A stretch of 40,470 nucleotides of DNA from Escherichia phage GA2A: sequence record NC_031943.1; one strand, written 5' to 3'. Shown in pieces: positions 27,524-37,786 of the stretch (position 1 is its first letter; every line of letters begins with the position of its first letter). The position numbers and the translations under genes were made by a program. Under the pieces are notes generated by a model. That model was not told the DNA's origin. It searched no databases and saw only the letters and a list, made by a program, of their open reading frames with translations.

Positions 27524-28095
27524 GTATCGGCATGGGTATTATGGCTGTAGCCGGTGCCACTATGTCCGCTTCTAGTCAGGCCAAAGCTGAGGGTGCTGCT
27601 ATCGACGCTCAGAACCGTCAGGCTCAGGAGATGGTTAAGCAGATGAACTACTCTGACGCCAACCTGAGGATGCAGGAGCGAGACCTGAAGGAACAGCAGA
27701 TGGCTGAACTGACAGAGACCACTCTCAACGGTATCCGCAATCAGGGTATGGTCCGAGCTGCGGTGGCTGAGTCAGGTCTGGAAGGTAACTCTATGGACAG
27801 GATTGAACGTCAGGTCGAAGGAGATACAGTCAAGGAGCGAGCAGGAATTACCGAAAGTTACAACCGTGACTATGCGGCTATCTTTGGGAACCGTATCGCC
27901 AACATTGAGAACACCAAGTCTGCTATCCGTGGTCAAGGTAAAATCATCAAGACCAGCCCACTGGCTCATGCACTTAATGTTGCTAACGCCGGGATGCAGG
28001 GATACGCTGCTGGTAAGTCAATCTCTGGGGCATCAAGCTCTGGTGGTGCTGCACCGATTAGTGCTGCTAAAGGCACACCTACAGGTCATAGCTAA
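27508..28095 (+). CDS. 14: Internal virion protein B
   Basis: 195 aa versus 196; LEGNSMDRIERQVEGD, ESYNRDYAAIF, AAKGTPTG match T7 gp14. Confidence 0.92.
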   Translation: MCEPVSIGMGIMAVAGATMSASSQAKAEGAAIDAQNRQAQEMVKQMNYSDANLRMQERDLKEQQMAELTETTLNGIRNQGMVRAAVAESGLEGNSMDRIERQVEGDTVKERAGITESYNRDYAAIFGNRIANIENTKSAIRGQGKIIKTSPLAHALNVANAGMQGYAAGKSISGASSSGGAAPISAAKGTPTGHS

Positions 28096-28106
28096 GAGGA
28101 GGACTA

Positions 28107-30389
28107 ATGGCTAGTAATATTGAATCAGCTCTGGCTAATCGTACTATGGGTCGTGGCAGAGCGCCGGGTAAAACTATCGCTGTCAACTATCAAGCAGCCA
28201 ACGTACAGGCTCCTACTGGTGACTCTGGTCTGGCCCGTGCGTTAACCAACTTCGTTGAGTCTGGGACTGGATTGTACAAGCAGTTCAAAGACGAGGAGAA
28301 GACCAGAGCCGACGAGCGGTCTAACGAGATTATCCGTAAACTGACACCTCAGCAAAGACGTGAGGCTATCCAGAACGGCACACTGCTGTATCAGGACGAC
28401 CCTTACGCTATGGAAGCACTTCGGGTCAAGACTGGCCGTAACGCTGCCTTTGCGGTGGATGACGAGATTAACGTTAAGATTCAGAACGGTGAGTTCCGTA
28501 CACGTCAGGACATGGAAGAGTATCGCCACCAGCGACTTCAGGACGCCGCTAAGTCCTATGCTGAAGAGGCGGGTATTAACCCTACCGACGAGTTCTTCCA
28601 GCGCGGGTTCAACGATAACATCACAGACCGCAACATCGCTATCTATGGGTCTTTCAATAAGTATTTCAGCAAGCAGTCTGAAGAGACAGCGATGTTGAAC
28701 ACTCGTATTGAGATGAACTCGTTCCTTAACGATGGGGACCTGATGCGTTCGCCTGAGTCTGGAAAGACCTTCATGGCCTACCTTCGTGATGGACTAACGA
28801 CTGCTGCTATCCCTTCGGACCAGCGAGCACGAGAGGTCATTACCCAGACGGTCCGTGATGCAATCCAGAAGTCTGGTGGCTCAAACTTCCTACAGCAAGT
28901 ACGAGGCGAGCGAATCACCCTTAACGGTGTGGACGCTACAGTCGAAGAGATTGTGGGACCTGACGTCTTCAACGCTGCTATTGTTGAGGCACAAGGCACT
29001 GAGTACAAGCTGGTGGCTAAGTATCAGGAGGACTTAGCGTTAGGCGTTCAGTCTGCGATTCTTCAGGACGACCCAACCATCGGTCTTGCCCAGATTCAGA
29101 AACTCAAGGAGCAGAACAACCTGCTTCAGCCGGGGGAAGAACTCACGCCTCAGCGTCAGATGCTTATTAATGCCGAAGCCAGCTTACTGGAAGCGGTCAA
29201 GCGTAAGTCTGCTGAACAGGCGAAGGAGAACACTAAGTTAATCCAGACCCAGAACAAGCAGCTAGTCATAGACCAAGCGTATCAGCGGCGTCTGGCTGGG
29301 GAAAACGTGTCCACCAACTATGAGGACCTTCCGGTATCAGATGCTACAGGCGAGTTCAAACGTTCGGATATGAACAACTATGCGTCTGCCAAGCTACAGC
29401 AGATTGACCAGATGGACATCCCGGAGGCTGCTAAAGACGCTCAGAAGGTGGCATTGTTAAGAGCTGACACTAACAACGGTCCGTTCCGTAATGCCTTCCA
29501 GACGCTGACTCAGGACGCTGCTGGTGAGTGGCAAGCTGCGGTCATCCGTGGACAGTACGACCCAGACAAGATGCAACGCTTCGAATCTCTTCGTCGTGCC
29601 TATACTCAGGACCCTTCAAGTTTTGCTGCTCTGTATCCTGACCAAGCTCAGTTGTTCTCTACGTTCGACCAGATGGACAAGATGGGCCTTGACCCTCAGA
29701 CGATGATTGAAGCTGATAAGCAAGCTGCAAGTCAGAGCAGGGAGATGCGCATGGAGTCAGACAAGGCGTGGCAGGAGTTGAAGAACGACTCCAAGAACAC
29801 CCAGTTGTCCCGCCTCCCAACGTCTCTGGACTCAAGTGCTCGTAAGGTCTGGGACTCATGGTACTATCGAACAGGTAACGCTGACGCTGCAACTCAGCAG
29901 ACTCAACGCTGGCTGAATGAGAACACCGTAACGTTCCAGTCTGAAGGTTCTGACGGTAAGTCCATCGGCATGGTGTCCAAACACCAGCTTATGGTCGGGG
30001 ATAACCCAGAGTCGTGGCAGGTGGGTCGAGACATTATCGACACCGCTCGTCAGCAGCTCATTAAGGCCAACCCTTGGGTAGTGAACTCTCAGTTGTCCGT
30101 TGTTGAACATAACGGCTCTATCTTCCTCCAAGACGCTACGGGGACTATTCGTATTCGCTACGATAAGGAACTTGTAGGTAAACTCTACCGCGAACAACAG
30201 CAGAAGGCACAAGATGCCGCATATGCTCAGGCAGAACGTGACGCCAACAAGCGAGCGCGTATCGTCGGGACTAAAGCTGCTGGTGACAAACGTCGAGCTG
30301 ACCGAGAGGCCAACATCGAGAAGCGAGGTGGGTTGTACAATGACGTCTCACTGGAGGGTATCGCAAACGTACTAATTGGTAGGGAGTAA
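28107..30389 (+). CDS. 15: Internal virion protein C
   Basis: 760 aa; ADERSNEIIRKLTPQQRREAIQNGTLLYQDDPYAMEALRVKTGRNAA nearly identical to T7 gp15; further blocks YDKEL, NPWV. Confidence 0.96.
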   Translation: MASNIESALANRTMGRGRAPGKTIAVNYQAANVQAPTGDSGLARALTNFVESGTGLYKQFKDEEKTRADERSNEIIRKLTPQQRREAIQNGTLLYQDDPYAMEALRVKTGRNAAFAVDDEINVKIQNGEFRTRQDMEEYRHQRLQDAAKSYAEEAGINPTDEFFQRGFNDNITDRNIAIYGSFNKYFSKQSEETAMLNTRIEMNSFLNDGDLMRSPESGKTFMAYLRDGLTTAAIPSDQRAREVITQTVRDAIQKSGGSNFLQQVRGERITLNGVDATVEEIVGPDVFNAAIVEAQGTEYKLVAKYQEDLALGVQSAILQDDPTIGLAQIQKLKEQNNLLQPGEELTPQRQMLINAEASLLEAVKRKSAEQAKENTKLIQTQNKQLVIDQAYQRRLAGENVSTNYEDLPVSDATGEFKRSDMNNYASAKLQQIDQMDIPEAAKDAQKVALLRADTNNGPFRNAFQTLTQDAAGEWQAAVIRGQYDPDKMQRFESLRRAYTQDPSSFAALYPDQAQLFSTFDQMDKMGLDPQTMIEADKQAASQSREMRMESDKAWQELKNDSKNTQLSRLPTSLDSSARKVWDSWYYRTGNADAATQQTQRWLNENTVTFQSEGSDGKSIGMVSKHQLMVGDNPESWQVGRDIIDTARQQLIKANPWVVNSQLSVVEHNGSIFLQDATGTIRIRYDKELVGKLYREQQQKAQDAAYAQAERDANKRARIVGTKAAGDKRRADREANIEKRGGLYNDVSLEGIANVLIGRE

Positions 30390-30394
30390 TAACA

Positions 30395-30844
30395 ATGAAG
30401 AACGGGACAGCCAGTGAGAGACTGGCACGTCTTTCTGCTGTAGAGGAAACTGGCTGTGTCCGCTTCACCGGAGGTCTTAACAGCAGTGGGTATGGAAACT
30501 TATGGGTCGATGGAAAGACAGTAGGAGCGCACCGTGTTGCCTATGAGTTAGCGAATGGTCCGATACCTAAGGGTAGCGTACTGCGACACACTTGCGACAA
30601 CAGGTATTGCGTGAACCCTGAACACTTAGTCTTAGGGACGCATCGTGAAAACATGGAGGATATGACTAAACGTGGTCGTCAGGCAAGAGGCTCACAGATA
30701 AGCACTTGCGTACTGACTGAAGAAGACGTCAGGTTTATCCGCTCAAGTGATAAAAGCGGTGTGGAACTGGCACAGATTTTAGGAATCTCACCAGTAACTA
30801 TCAGTCGAATCAAGAGGAGATTAACATGGCAACACGTGGTATAA
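30395..30844 (+). CDS. HNH endonuclease, second copy, inserted between genes 15 and 16
   Basis: HTCDNRYCVNPEHL core with SGYG...GAHRVAY; paralogous to 19336-19746; 3' end overlaps the start of gene 16 by 19 nt. Confidence 0.85.
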   Translation: MKNGTASERLARLSAVEETGCVRFTGGLNSSGYGNLWVDGKTVGAHRVAYELANGPIPKGSVLRHTCDNRYCVNPEHLVLGTHRENMEDMTKRGRQARGSQISTCVLTEEDVRFIRSSDKSGVELAQILGISPVTISRIKRRLTWQHVV

Positions 30845-33800
30845 GAAATAACAACATCGGGAACATTCGTGTGTCTAAGGACCAATGGGAGGGAGCTACC
30901 GGAGATGATGGAGCATTCGTCACTTTCGATACGCCAGACTCCGGTGTCAGAGCATTAGCAAAGAACCTGATGTCATATGGTAGGCAGGGATACGACTCAA
31001 TCGAGAAGATTATCAACCGCTGGGCACCGCCTAATGAGAACGACACTCAGTCCTACATCAACTCTGTTGTGGCTGCGACTGGCATTCCAGCAACACAAAG
31101 TATCGACCTGACGAACCCTGACGTCCTCGCCTCTCTGTCTGAGGCTATCGGCTACCACGAGACAGGCTCCCGGTACAACCCTGAAGTCTATCAACAGGGA
31201 GTCGCAAGAGCACTCAACGGTATAAGCCCAAAGACTCCACCAGTAAGCGCTAAAGTATTTGACGCACTCACGGAAGGACTCAAGGCTAAACCTAAAGTAG
31301 CTCTTGGTGAGAACCTTCCGACCGCTGCTGGTCTTAACATTGAGGGTCAATCACCTGAGGCTCCCAACGAATCGTTCGGTGAGATGTTCTATAAGGCTAC
31401 TGGAGAGACCATGCAGGAACGAGAGGACCGCTCTACGTGGTTCGGTTTCGGTGAGGCTACAGAAGCTGAAGTGAAGAACTCTATGGTCGGCGTGGCTATA
31501 CGAGCTGGTCAGACTGAGGACTCACTGGATGTCATTGGCGATGTGTTCAACCCGACCAGATGGAACAACCATAAGTGGACTCGTGAGGAGCTGGACCAGA
31601 TTCGTAACGCTGGGGTTCTGCCTCAGTATTACGGAGTCATTACTGGCGGTTCTCCTCAGAATCTGACAGAGCTGATTAACTTGGCTCTTGAGAACCAGAA
31701 GTTGGACCAAGAGAGGGCCAAGGCCGGGACTGGCGCTCAACTGGTGGCTGGTGTGATTGGTGCTGGCGTGGACCCTCTGACCTACGTTCCTATTGCTGGG
31801 CAGGTAGGTAAAGGTGGGAAGCTGATCAACAAGATGTTCACTGTGGCTGCTCAGTCTGGTGCTCTGGCTGGGGCATCCGAGATTGCTCGAACCTCAGTTG
31901 CTGGTGGGGACGCTCATGTGGCTGAGGCAATTATGGGCGGTGCTCTCTTCGGTGGTGGTATGACTGCTATAGCTGATGGACTAGGCAGAGCCTTAGGTCG
32001 CAACACTAACGAGTTCGCTGGTCCAGCTACACGTCTGGAAGCTCGCGAGACCGCTCGTAACGTTGATGGGCAGGACCTGTCTCGTCTACCTATTCAGGAA
32101 GGTGAGCAGACCTTTAGCCACCAAGGCGTTAAGTTTGCTGACGTTCCGAACGAGCCGGGAAGTGTTCGACTGGAAGATGGTTCAATCCTGATTGGTGAGA
32201 ACCCTCTTAACCCTAAGACACGTCAAGTCTTCGACGAGGTGATTGAGCCTGAACGTGCGGCTGCTGGCGTCAACCTTGGAGGACTTACCGAGATTGGCCT
32301 GAAGCTCCTGAGGTCTGAGAACCCTGAGATTCGCGGACTTGCCGCTGACTTGGTGCGCTCGCCTACAGGTATGCAGTCAGGTGCGAGCGGTAAGATTGGG
32401 ACTACAGCGTCAGACGTATTCGAGCGGCTTCGTGCAGTGGACCATCGGTTCTACAATGACATTGACGATGCGGTCACTCAGGCACTGAAGGACCCATACT
32501 TCCAGACCAACTTCAACCGAGACACTGGTGCGTTCCGTCAGGACATCTACCAGCGTGTAGCTCTGGCTATCGAGGACGGAAGTGGGAACCTAAAGGCTGA
32601 ACTGACTCCGGGAGAACTGAAGGTCTATGACCTGCTGAAGAACCAGTTCGACGCTAAGCGTGAGATGATGGAGAACCCTGCGATGTTCGGTCGGGTGGAC
32701 GCTAAGTCTATCTTCCCCGGCAGCCGCTTCAAGGGGACATACGTTCCTCACGTCTACAGCAACCAGATGAAGGAGATGTACATCAAGGAGCTTGGAAGCC
32801 CTGAGGCGCTGCAAGAAGCAATCAAGAAGTCGTGGCTCACGAGCTATGCGTCAAGACCTGAGGTAAAAGCGCGGGTGGATGAGGCTCTGATGGAAGCTGA
32901 CCCTACCCTGACTCCAGAAGGACTTGCGGCTGCGGTAGATAAGTACGCCAACGATAAGGCTTACGGTATCTCTCACACCGACATGTTTGAGCGTTCGTCC
33001 GTAATGGAAGAGAACATCAACGGTCTGGTTGGTCTGGAGAACAACAACTTCCTTGAGGCCCGTAACCTGTTCGATAGCGATATGTCTATCATCCTCCCAA
33101 ACGGTCAGCCGTTCAACGTGAACAGCCTGCGTGAGTGGGACATGGACAAGATTGTCCCGGCGTACAACCGTCGAGTCAACGGCGACATCGCTATCATGGC
33201 TGGCACCGGAAAGACCACGAAGGAGGTTAAGGACACAGTAGAGACCATGATGAACCGTGCTGGTGATGACGGGAAGCTGAAAGGTGAAGTTTCGACTCTG
33301 CGTGATACCCTGAAGATACTGACTGGTCGTGCTCGACGTGATGGTGCTGACGATGCGGCATTAGCTACTGTGATGCGTACCATGACCGACCTCTCCTTCT
33401 TCGCTAAGAATGCCTACATGGGCGTTCAGAACTTAACGGAGATTGGCGGTATGCTGGCACGTGGAAACGTCCGTGCGATGCTGCATGGTATTCCTATCTT
33501 CCGTGACCTCGCCTTCCGTAGTAAGAAGATGGGAGCCTCGGAGATTAAGGAACTTCACAACGTTGTCTTCGGTAAGGAGCTTGACGACTCAATCCGTCCG
33601 TCCAAACAGGATGTCATCGACCGCCTGCGGGCGTACAGTACCTTGAGTAAACCAGCAGCTACGGCTTTGGGTTCTGCCAAGTATTACACTGGTGAACTTG
33701 CGGTCCGCTCTCCGTTTACGAAGGTCCTGAACGGTACGACTAACTACCTGCTGGATGCCGGACGTCAAGGATTCTTGTCTGACATAGTGGAGCACAGCTT

Positions 33801-34713
33801 GACCGGAAGTAAGCGCAAGTTTGACGACCGCTGGTTGAAGACTGCTGGTATTTCGGATGAGCAGTGGAAAGGCATTAAGTCCCTCATCCGTGAGTCAGTG
33901 ACTCGTGGTCCAGACGGGAAGTACACCATCAAGGACAAGAAGGCATTCAGTCAGGACCCAAGGGCTATGGACCTCTGGCGTATGGGTGATACCATCGCTG
34001 ATGAGACCCTGCTCCGTCCACACAAGCTGAGCAACATGGATGCCAAGGCGTATGGACCTCTGGCGAAGACTGTCTTGCAGTTTAAGAACTTCGTCATCAA
34101 GTCCATCAACGGGAGGACCATGCGTACCTTCTACAATGCCACCAAGAACAACAGAGCGATGGACGCCGCACTGTCCACGGTTATGTCTATGGGTCTGGCT
34201 GGAATGTACTACATGGCTCAGTCGCACATCAAGGCTTACGCTATGCAGGAGGGTCGTGACCGAGAGTACCTTAAGCAAGCCCTTAACCCGACAATGATTG
34301 GCTATGCGGCTCTGTCCCGTAGCTCCCACTTGGGTGGTCCTCTTGGTGTCGCCAACATTCTAGGCGGCATCGCTGGGTATGAGGACACTAAGATGCTCCG
34401 TTCGTCTATCCTCCCGCGCTCACCTACAGAGAAGCCTGAACGTGCCGTCACATTTGGTGCGGCTACAAGTGACCCTGTGATGAATGTCGTCGGTAACTTC
34501 TTGGAGCAGGTCCCAGCTTTCGGCTATGCTGCTAACGTTGGTGTTTCGGCATACAACTTGGCTGGCTACCTCAAGGCTGATACTCGTGTCAACGAGCGTG
34601 ACTACATGACCGGGATGTATAACACTTTCCGCGAACTGGTCCCGAACGACCCTATTACGCAGAAGTTGCTTCTTGGAACATTTGAGGAACAAGGCATTCA
34701 CATCAAGGACTAA
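30826..34713 (+). CDS. 16: Internal virion protein D (ejectosome protein) with non-T7 N-terminal domain
   Basis: 1295 aa; from ~residue 190 onward long blocks match T7 gp16 (STWFGFGEATEAE, TGGSPQNL, RLEARETARN, SPTGMQSGASGK, NPAMFG, GTYVPHVY, RPEVKARVDE, ILTGRARR, RAMDLWR, LVPNDP); first ~130 aa lack the T7 transglycosylase signature. Confidence 0.95.
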   Translation: MATRGIRNNNIGNIRVSKDQWEGATGDDGAFVTFDTPDSGVRALAKNLMSYGRQGYDSIEKIINRWAPPNENDTQSYINSVVAATGIPATQSIDLTNPDVLASLSEAIGYHETGSRYNPEVYQQGVARALNGISPKTPPVSAKVFDALTEGLKAKPKVALGENLPTAAGLNIEGQSPEAPNESFGEMFYKATGETMQEREDRSTWFGFGEATEAEVKNSMVGVAIRAGQTEDSLDVIGDVFNPTRWNNHKWTREELDQIRNAGVLPQYYGVITGGSPQNLTELINLALENQKLDQERAKAGTGAQLVAGVIGAGVDPLTYVPIAGQVGKGGKLINKMFTVAAQSGALAGASEIARTSVAGGDAHVAEAIMGGALFGGGMTAIADGLGRALGRNTNEFAGPATRLEARETARNVDGQDLSRLPIQEGEQTFSHQGVKFADVPNEPGSVRLEDGSILIGENPLNPKTRQVFDEVIEPERAAAGVNLGGLTEIGLKLLRSENPEIRGLAADLVRSPTGMQSGASGKIGTTASDVFERLRAVDHRFYNDIDDAVTQALKDPYFQTNFNRDTGAFRQDIYQRVALAIEDGSGNLKAELTPGELKVYDLLKNQFDAKREMMENPAMFGRVDAKSIFPGSRFKGTYVPHVYSNQMKEMYIKELGSPEALQEAIKKSWLTSYASRPEVKARVDEALMEADPTLTPEGLAAAVDKYANDKAYGISHTDMFERSSVMEENINGLVGLENNNFLEARNLFDSDMSIILPNGQPFNVNSLREWDMDKIVPAYNRRVNGDIAIMAGTGKTTKEVKDTVETMMNRAGDDGKLKGEVSTLRDTLKILTGRARRDGADDAALATVMRTMTDLSFFAKNAYMGVQNLTEIGGMLARGNVRAMLHGIPIFRDLAFRSKKMGASEIKELHNVVFGKELDDSIRPSKQDVIDRLRAYSTLSKPAATALGSAKYYTGELAVRSPFTKVLNGTTNYLLDAGRQGFLSDIVEHSLTGSKRKFDDRWLKTAGISDEQWKGIKSLIRESVTRGPDGKYTIKDKKAFSQDPRAMDLWRMGDTIADETLLRPHKLSNMDAKAYGPLAKTVLQFKNFVIKSINGRTMRTFYNATKNNRAMDAALSTVMSMGLAGMYYMAQSHIKAYAMQEGRDREYLKQALNPTMIGYAALSRSSHLGGPLGVANILGGIAGYEDTKMLRSSILPRSPTEKPERAVTFGAATSDPVMNVVGNFLEQVPAFGYAANVGVSAYNLAGYLKADTRVNERDYMTGMYNTFRELVPNDPITQKLLLGTFEEQGIHIKD

Positions 34714-34733
34714 ACTATCACTATAGGAAACGG
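34711..34733 (+). promoter_or_regulatory. Phage promoter (phi17 position)
   Basis: TAAACTATCACTATAGGA; its TAA is the gene 16 stop; followed by hairpin GGGAGGCGCTACCACAGGTCTCCC. Confidence 0.8.
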
Positions 34734-34778
34734 GAGGCGCTACCACAGGTCTCCCATTAATTCACAACAGGAGGCATA

Positions 34779-36788
34779 ATGGCTAACTCTACGCTGACAC
34801 AGTTCCCATCTGGTCAGGTTCGATATAAGATTAACTTCCCGTACCTCGCACGCGCGTTCGTGGTCGTCACTCTTGTGGTATCCACTGACCCAACGAAAGA
34901 CAGGGTGCTGGTAGTGGGGAATGACTATCGGTTCCTGAACGAGACGACCCTTGAGATTCTGGCAGACCAGACCGGGTTCGATATCATCCAGATTCACCGC
35001 TTCACGTCCACTGAACTGGTGGTTGACTTCCGTGACGGCTCAGTCCTGACTGCAAGTGACCTGTCCACCGCAGAGATTCAGGCCATCCACATCGCCGAAG
35101 AGGGCCGCGACCAGTCCATAAACCTTGCGTCTGGCTACGCTGAAGAAGCCAAGAAGTACGCTGACGAAGCTGGAGATGCTCTGGAGGGTATCAAAGATAT
35201 CGTTCAGGATGGGAACTTCGACTCGACCTTGCGTCAGGACCTTCGAAGCGATACAGGCCTTACTATGGTACACCGTAAGCTGCCGGACGTTGGGTCCGTT
35301 AACGTTGGATTGGACGCATTGTTCAGCAACATGCTTAACCCTGTGGACTTCGGTGCAGACCCTACTGGAAGTGTTGACTCCTACGCTGCGCTCCAGAAGT
35401 GGGCCGATGCCTGCACAGCTCGTGGATGGGCCTATGCTTACATCGCTGGCATCTTCAAGACCAGTCAGCCGATTACCTTCCGGGGACTTAAAGGCCTGAC
35501 CATCTACGGTCAATGCTATATCTACCCTACGTTCTCCTCTGGTGACTACGTGGTTGGCTTCTGTAATGGTACAGGTCTGCGCATCTATGGCCGATTCGAG
35601 GTCTCCGGACAGAACAAGCTCTATGTTAAGAGCGGTGTTAAAATCTGGTCAGACATGAACCCTAACGGTTTCTCGTTCAGCGACTTCTATGGGCTGTGTG
35701 TTTCTGATGCGGCTACAGGCATCACTCTTGGTGATACTCGTTATGCCAACGCGCTGCTGTCTGAGCTGTCATTCATTGGGAGCTACACGGTCGGGACTCC
35801 TTGTGCAATCCGTGCTATTGGTACTCAGTGCTACTTCAACACCATCGGATTTAACGCTGTAACTGGCGGGGCGGGCGACCTTGCTCAAATCACCCCATAC
35901 ACCTACCACCTGAAGGGCGCACAGCTTAAAATCATCGGCGGTGAGCTACAGCACAACGCGTCCATCTTCGGAGCTGGTGCGCTGGTTGAGCCTATCCTTG
36001 ACCCGGTTCACGGGAACACCTATGGTAACCTGACCATTGACCAGAACCACTTCGAGGTGGCTAGCCTGTGGGTAATGATTGCCAATCTGGATGGAGTACC
36101 AAACCCTATCAGCGCGCGCTCCACTGTTGCCTTGCTGGGACTCCACGGTTATCACAACCAAGACAATGGACCTGTAGTCCTAGTCCATGAGTCTGCTGAT
36201 GACTACCGTGGCACAATCGTTACGCGAGACATCTCCATGTACCGAAACGATGACCAGCCTACCCGTGTTAACATTAACATTCAGGCCCGCAACGCCTATG
36301 TTGACTACGACCGCAAAGGCTTCGGTAAAGGCTTCGTGAAAGGCCTTCAGGCTGTTCAGGGTGGCATCCTTAAGTTCGAGAAGGCGACCGTATGCATCGC
36401 TCAGAACTCCGTAGGTCAGACCCACACGACTACACCAAATAACGTCCTGTACACACAGTTCGTAGCCAACGGTGATACTGACCGCTGGTCTTCCAACTAC
36501 AATCCGGCGACTGGTGAGTTTACTGTTCCGGCTGGCGGACTCAAGGATGTTCATGTGGAGGCAACTGTAGAGGTTGCTAGCTCAAGTCAGGTTACAATGG
36601 CTGTGTACGTTGATAACGACCGCAAGAGCCTCGTTCAGACCCTGCCTATTGCTGGTCACACGTCAGCGTACTTAGGTCATCTCCCGGCAGGCGCTAAGAT
36701 TAGCGTTAAGTGTCAACTGGGTGCTGGCTCAGGTGCTGCTACCGGGTCAGGTCTCGACCGAATGATCATTACCGCTTCAAACTACTAA
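34779..36788 (+). CDS. 17: Tail fiber / tailspike with depolymerase-like C-terminal domain
   Basis: N-terminal ~150 aa match the T7 gp17 tail-attachment domain ([42 protein letters not shown]); the rest is unrelated to T7 and carries [23 protein letters not shown], typical of right-handed beta-helix polysaccharide depolymerases. Confidence 0.9.
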   Translation: MANSTLTQFPSGQVRYKINFPYLARAFVVVTLVVSTDPTKDRVLVVGNDYRFLNETTLEILADQTGFDIIQIHRFTSTELVVDFRDGSVLTASDLSTAEIQAIHIAEEGRDQSINLASGYAEEAKKYADEAGDALEGIKDIVQDGNFDSTLRQDLRSDTGLTMVHRKLPDVGSVNVGLDALFSNMLNPVDFGADPTGSVDSYAALQKWADACTARGWAYAYIAGIFKTSQPITFRGLKGLTIYGQCYIYPTFSSGDYVVGFCNGTGLRIYGRFEVSGQNKLYVKSGVKIWSDMNPNGFSFSDFYGLCVSDAATGITLGDTRYANALLSELSFIGSYTVGTPCAIRAIGTQCYFNTIGFNAVTGGAGDLAQITPYTYHLKGAQLKIIGGELQHNASIFGAGALVEPILDPVHGNTYGNLTIDQNHFEVASLWVMIANLDGVPNPISARSTVALLGLHGYHNQDNGPVVLVHESADDYRGTIVTRDISMYRNDDQPTRVNINIQARNAYVDYDRKGFGKGFVKGLQAVQGGILKFEKATVCIAQNSVGQTHTTTPNNVLYTQFVANGDTDRWSSNYNPATGEFTVPAGGLKDVHVEATVEVASSSQVTMAVYVDNDRKSLVQTLPIAGHTSAYLGHLPAGAKISVKCQLGAGSGAATGSGLDRMIITASNY

Positions 36789-36796
36789 GGAGAGAG

Positions 36797-36991
36797 ATGA
36801 TTGAATTAGATTTTAAGAACGAGGTCTTAAAGGCCTCGCCTATCGTTGGGACGGCTGCTGCTGACGGTGCAAGTCGTTTCTTCCTTGGGCTCACTCTTAA
36901 CGAGTGGTTCTATGTGGCTGCGATTGCCTACACGGTGGTACAGATTGGTGTACTGATTTATAAAACCATTAAGAGCGGAGGTAAGACATGA
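36797..36991 (+). CDS. 17.5: Holin (class II)
   Basis: 64 aa; FYVAAIAYTVVQIG matches T7 gp17.5; RBS AAGGAGAGAG; start moved to the internal ATG of track ORF 36710-36991. Confidence 0.85.
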   Translation: MIELDFKNEVLKASPIVGTAAADGASRFFLGLTLNEWFYVAAIAYTVVQIGVLIYKTIKSGGKT

Positions 36992-37251
36992 CGCAGATGG
37001 ACTTAGAGAAGTTCCTGCTTATGCTGGACACTGAGCGTGCTCGCCTGATGTTGCAGGACTTGCGAGATGACTCCAAGCGTAACCCGCAGCTCTATAACTC
37101 CATTGAGAAACTTCTGGCTCGCCACAACTTTGTGTTAAGCAAGGTGTCTGTGGACGAGAAGACACTGGCTGACATGGAGGCACTGAACAAGGAGTACGAG
37201 AAGACCCTAAGTGAGTCCGAGGACAACGACACCGGGTATGGTGTTCAGTAA
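36988..37251 (+). CDS. 18: Terminase small subunit
   Basis: 87 aa versus 89; FLLMLDTERARLMLQDL...NPQLYNSIEKLLARH resembles T7 gp18. Confidence 0.9.
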   Translation: MTQMDLEKFLLMLDTERARLMLQDLRDDSKRNPQLYNSIEKLLARHNFVLSKVSVDEKTLADMEALNKEYEKTLSESEDNDTGYGVQ

Positions 37252-37255
37252 GTGT

Positions 37256-37298
37256 TAGACTCAAGGTCATTACTAATATGTAGTGGCCTTTATGATTA
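37256..37298 (+). promoter_or_regulatory. Conserved hairpin element, probable RNase III site (R18.5 position)
   Basis: TAGACTCAAGGTCAT...GTGGCCTTTATGATTA; third copy of the element. Confidence 0.55.
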
Positions 37299-37351
37299 AC
37301 ACACTACGAGAGGCGACTCTACGTGGATTCTTTAAAACGAGGAGGGCAACT

Positions 37352-37786
37352 ATGCTCGAACTTTTACGCAGGGCGCTCCCGTGGCTCGCAGCAGGACTCC
37401 TGTTCTGTTCCGGCTACTGGGTTGCCGACAAAAAGTGGGAGACCAAAGTAAATGCAGACTACATCACCAAACTGGAAGCTACTGAGAAGCAGCGCCGAGC
37501 AGTACAGTCAGAAGTCAACAAAGTTTCAAAAGACTTCCAGGACAAGCTCTCCGAAGTGGAGGGCTCTACTGATAGGGTTATTGCTGACCTTAACCGCGAT
37601 AACAAGCGGCTGCGCGTCAAAGTCAAAACATCAGGTGTCAGCGAGTCAGATTACCGTCGATGCTTCCCTGATGGAAAAGTCGAACTACACCCAGAGACTG
37701 CTAAAAGTCTTATCCGAATAACTCAGGAGGCAGACCTTAAGGAGCAGGCCTTGCAGGACACCATAAGGAGGTTGCGTGGCGAATAA
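37352..37786 (+). CDS. 18.5: Inner-membrane spanin (Rz-like)
   Basis: [13 protein letters not shown] helix, [24 protein letters not shown] and QDTIRRL match T7 gp18.5; RBS GAGGAGGG; start moved downstream of the hairpin element. Confidence 0.85.
   Translation: MLELLRRALPWLAAGLLFCSGYWVADKKWETKVNADYITKLEATEKQRRAVQSEVNKVSKDFQDKLSEVEGSTDRVIADLNRDNKRLRVKVKTSGVSESDYRRCFPDGKVELHPETAKSLIRITQEADLKEQALQDTIRRLRGE
37452..37721 (+). CDS. 18.7: Outer-membrane lipoprotein spanin (Rz1-like), embedded in the Rz gene in another frame
   Basis: [21 protein letters not shown] lipobox with Cys; resembles T7 gp18.7 (WKGALIGLFLICVATISGCAS). Confidence 0.7.
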   Translation: MQTTSPNWKLLRSSAEQYSQKSTKFQKTSRTSSPKWRALLIGLLLTLTAITSGCASKSKHQVSASQITVDASLMEKSNYTQRLLKVLSE

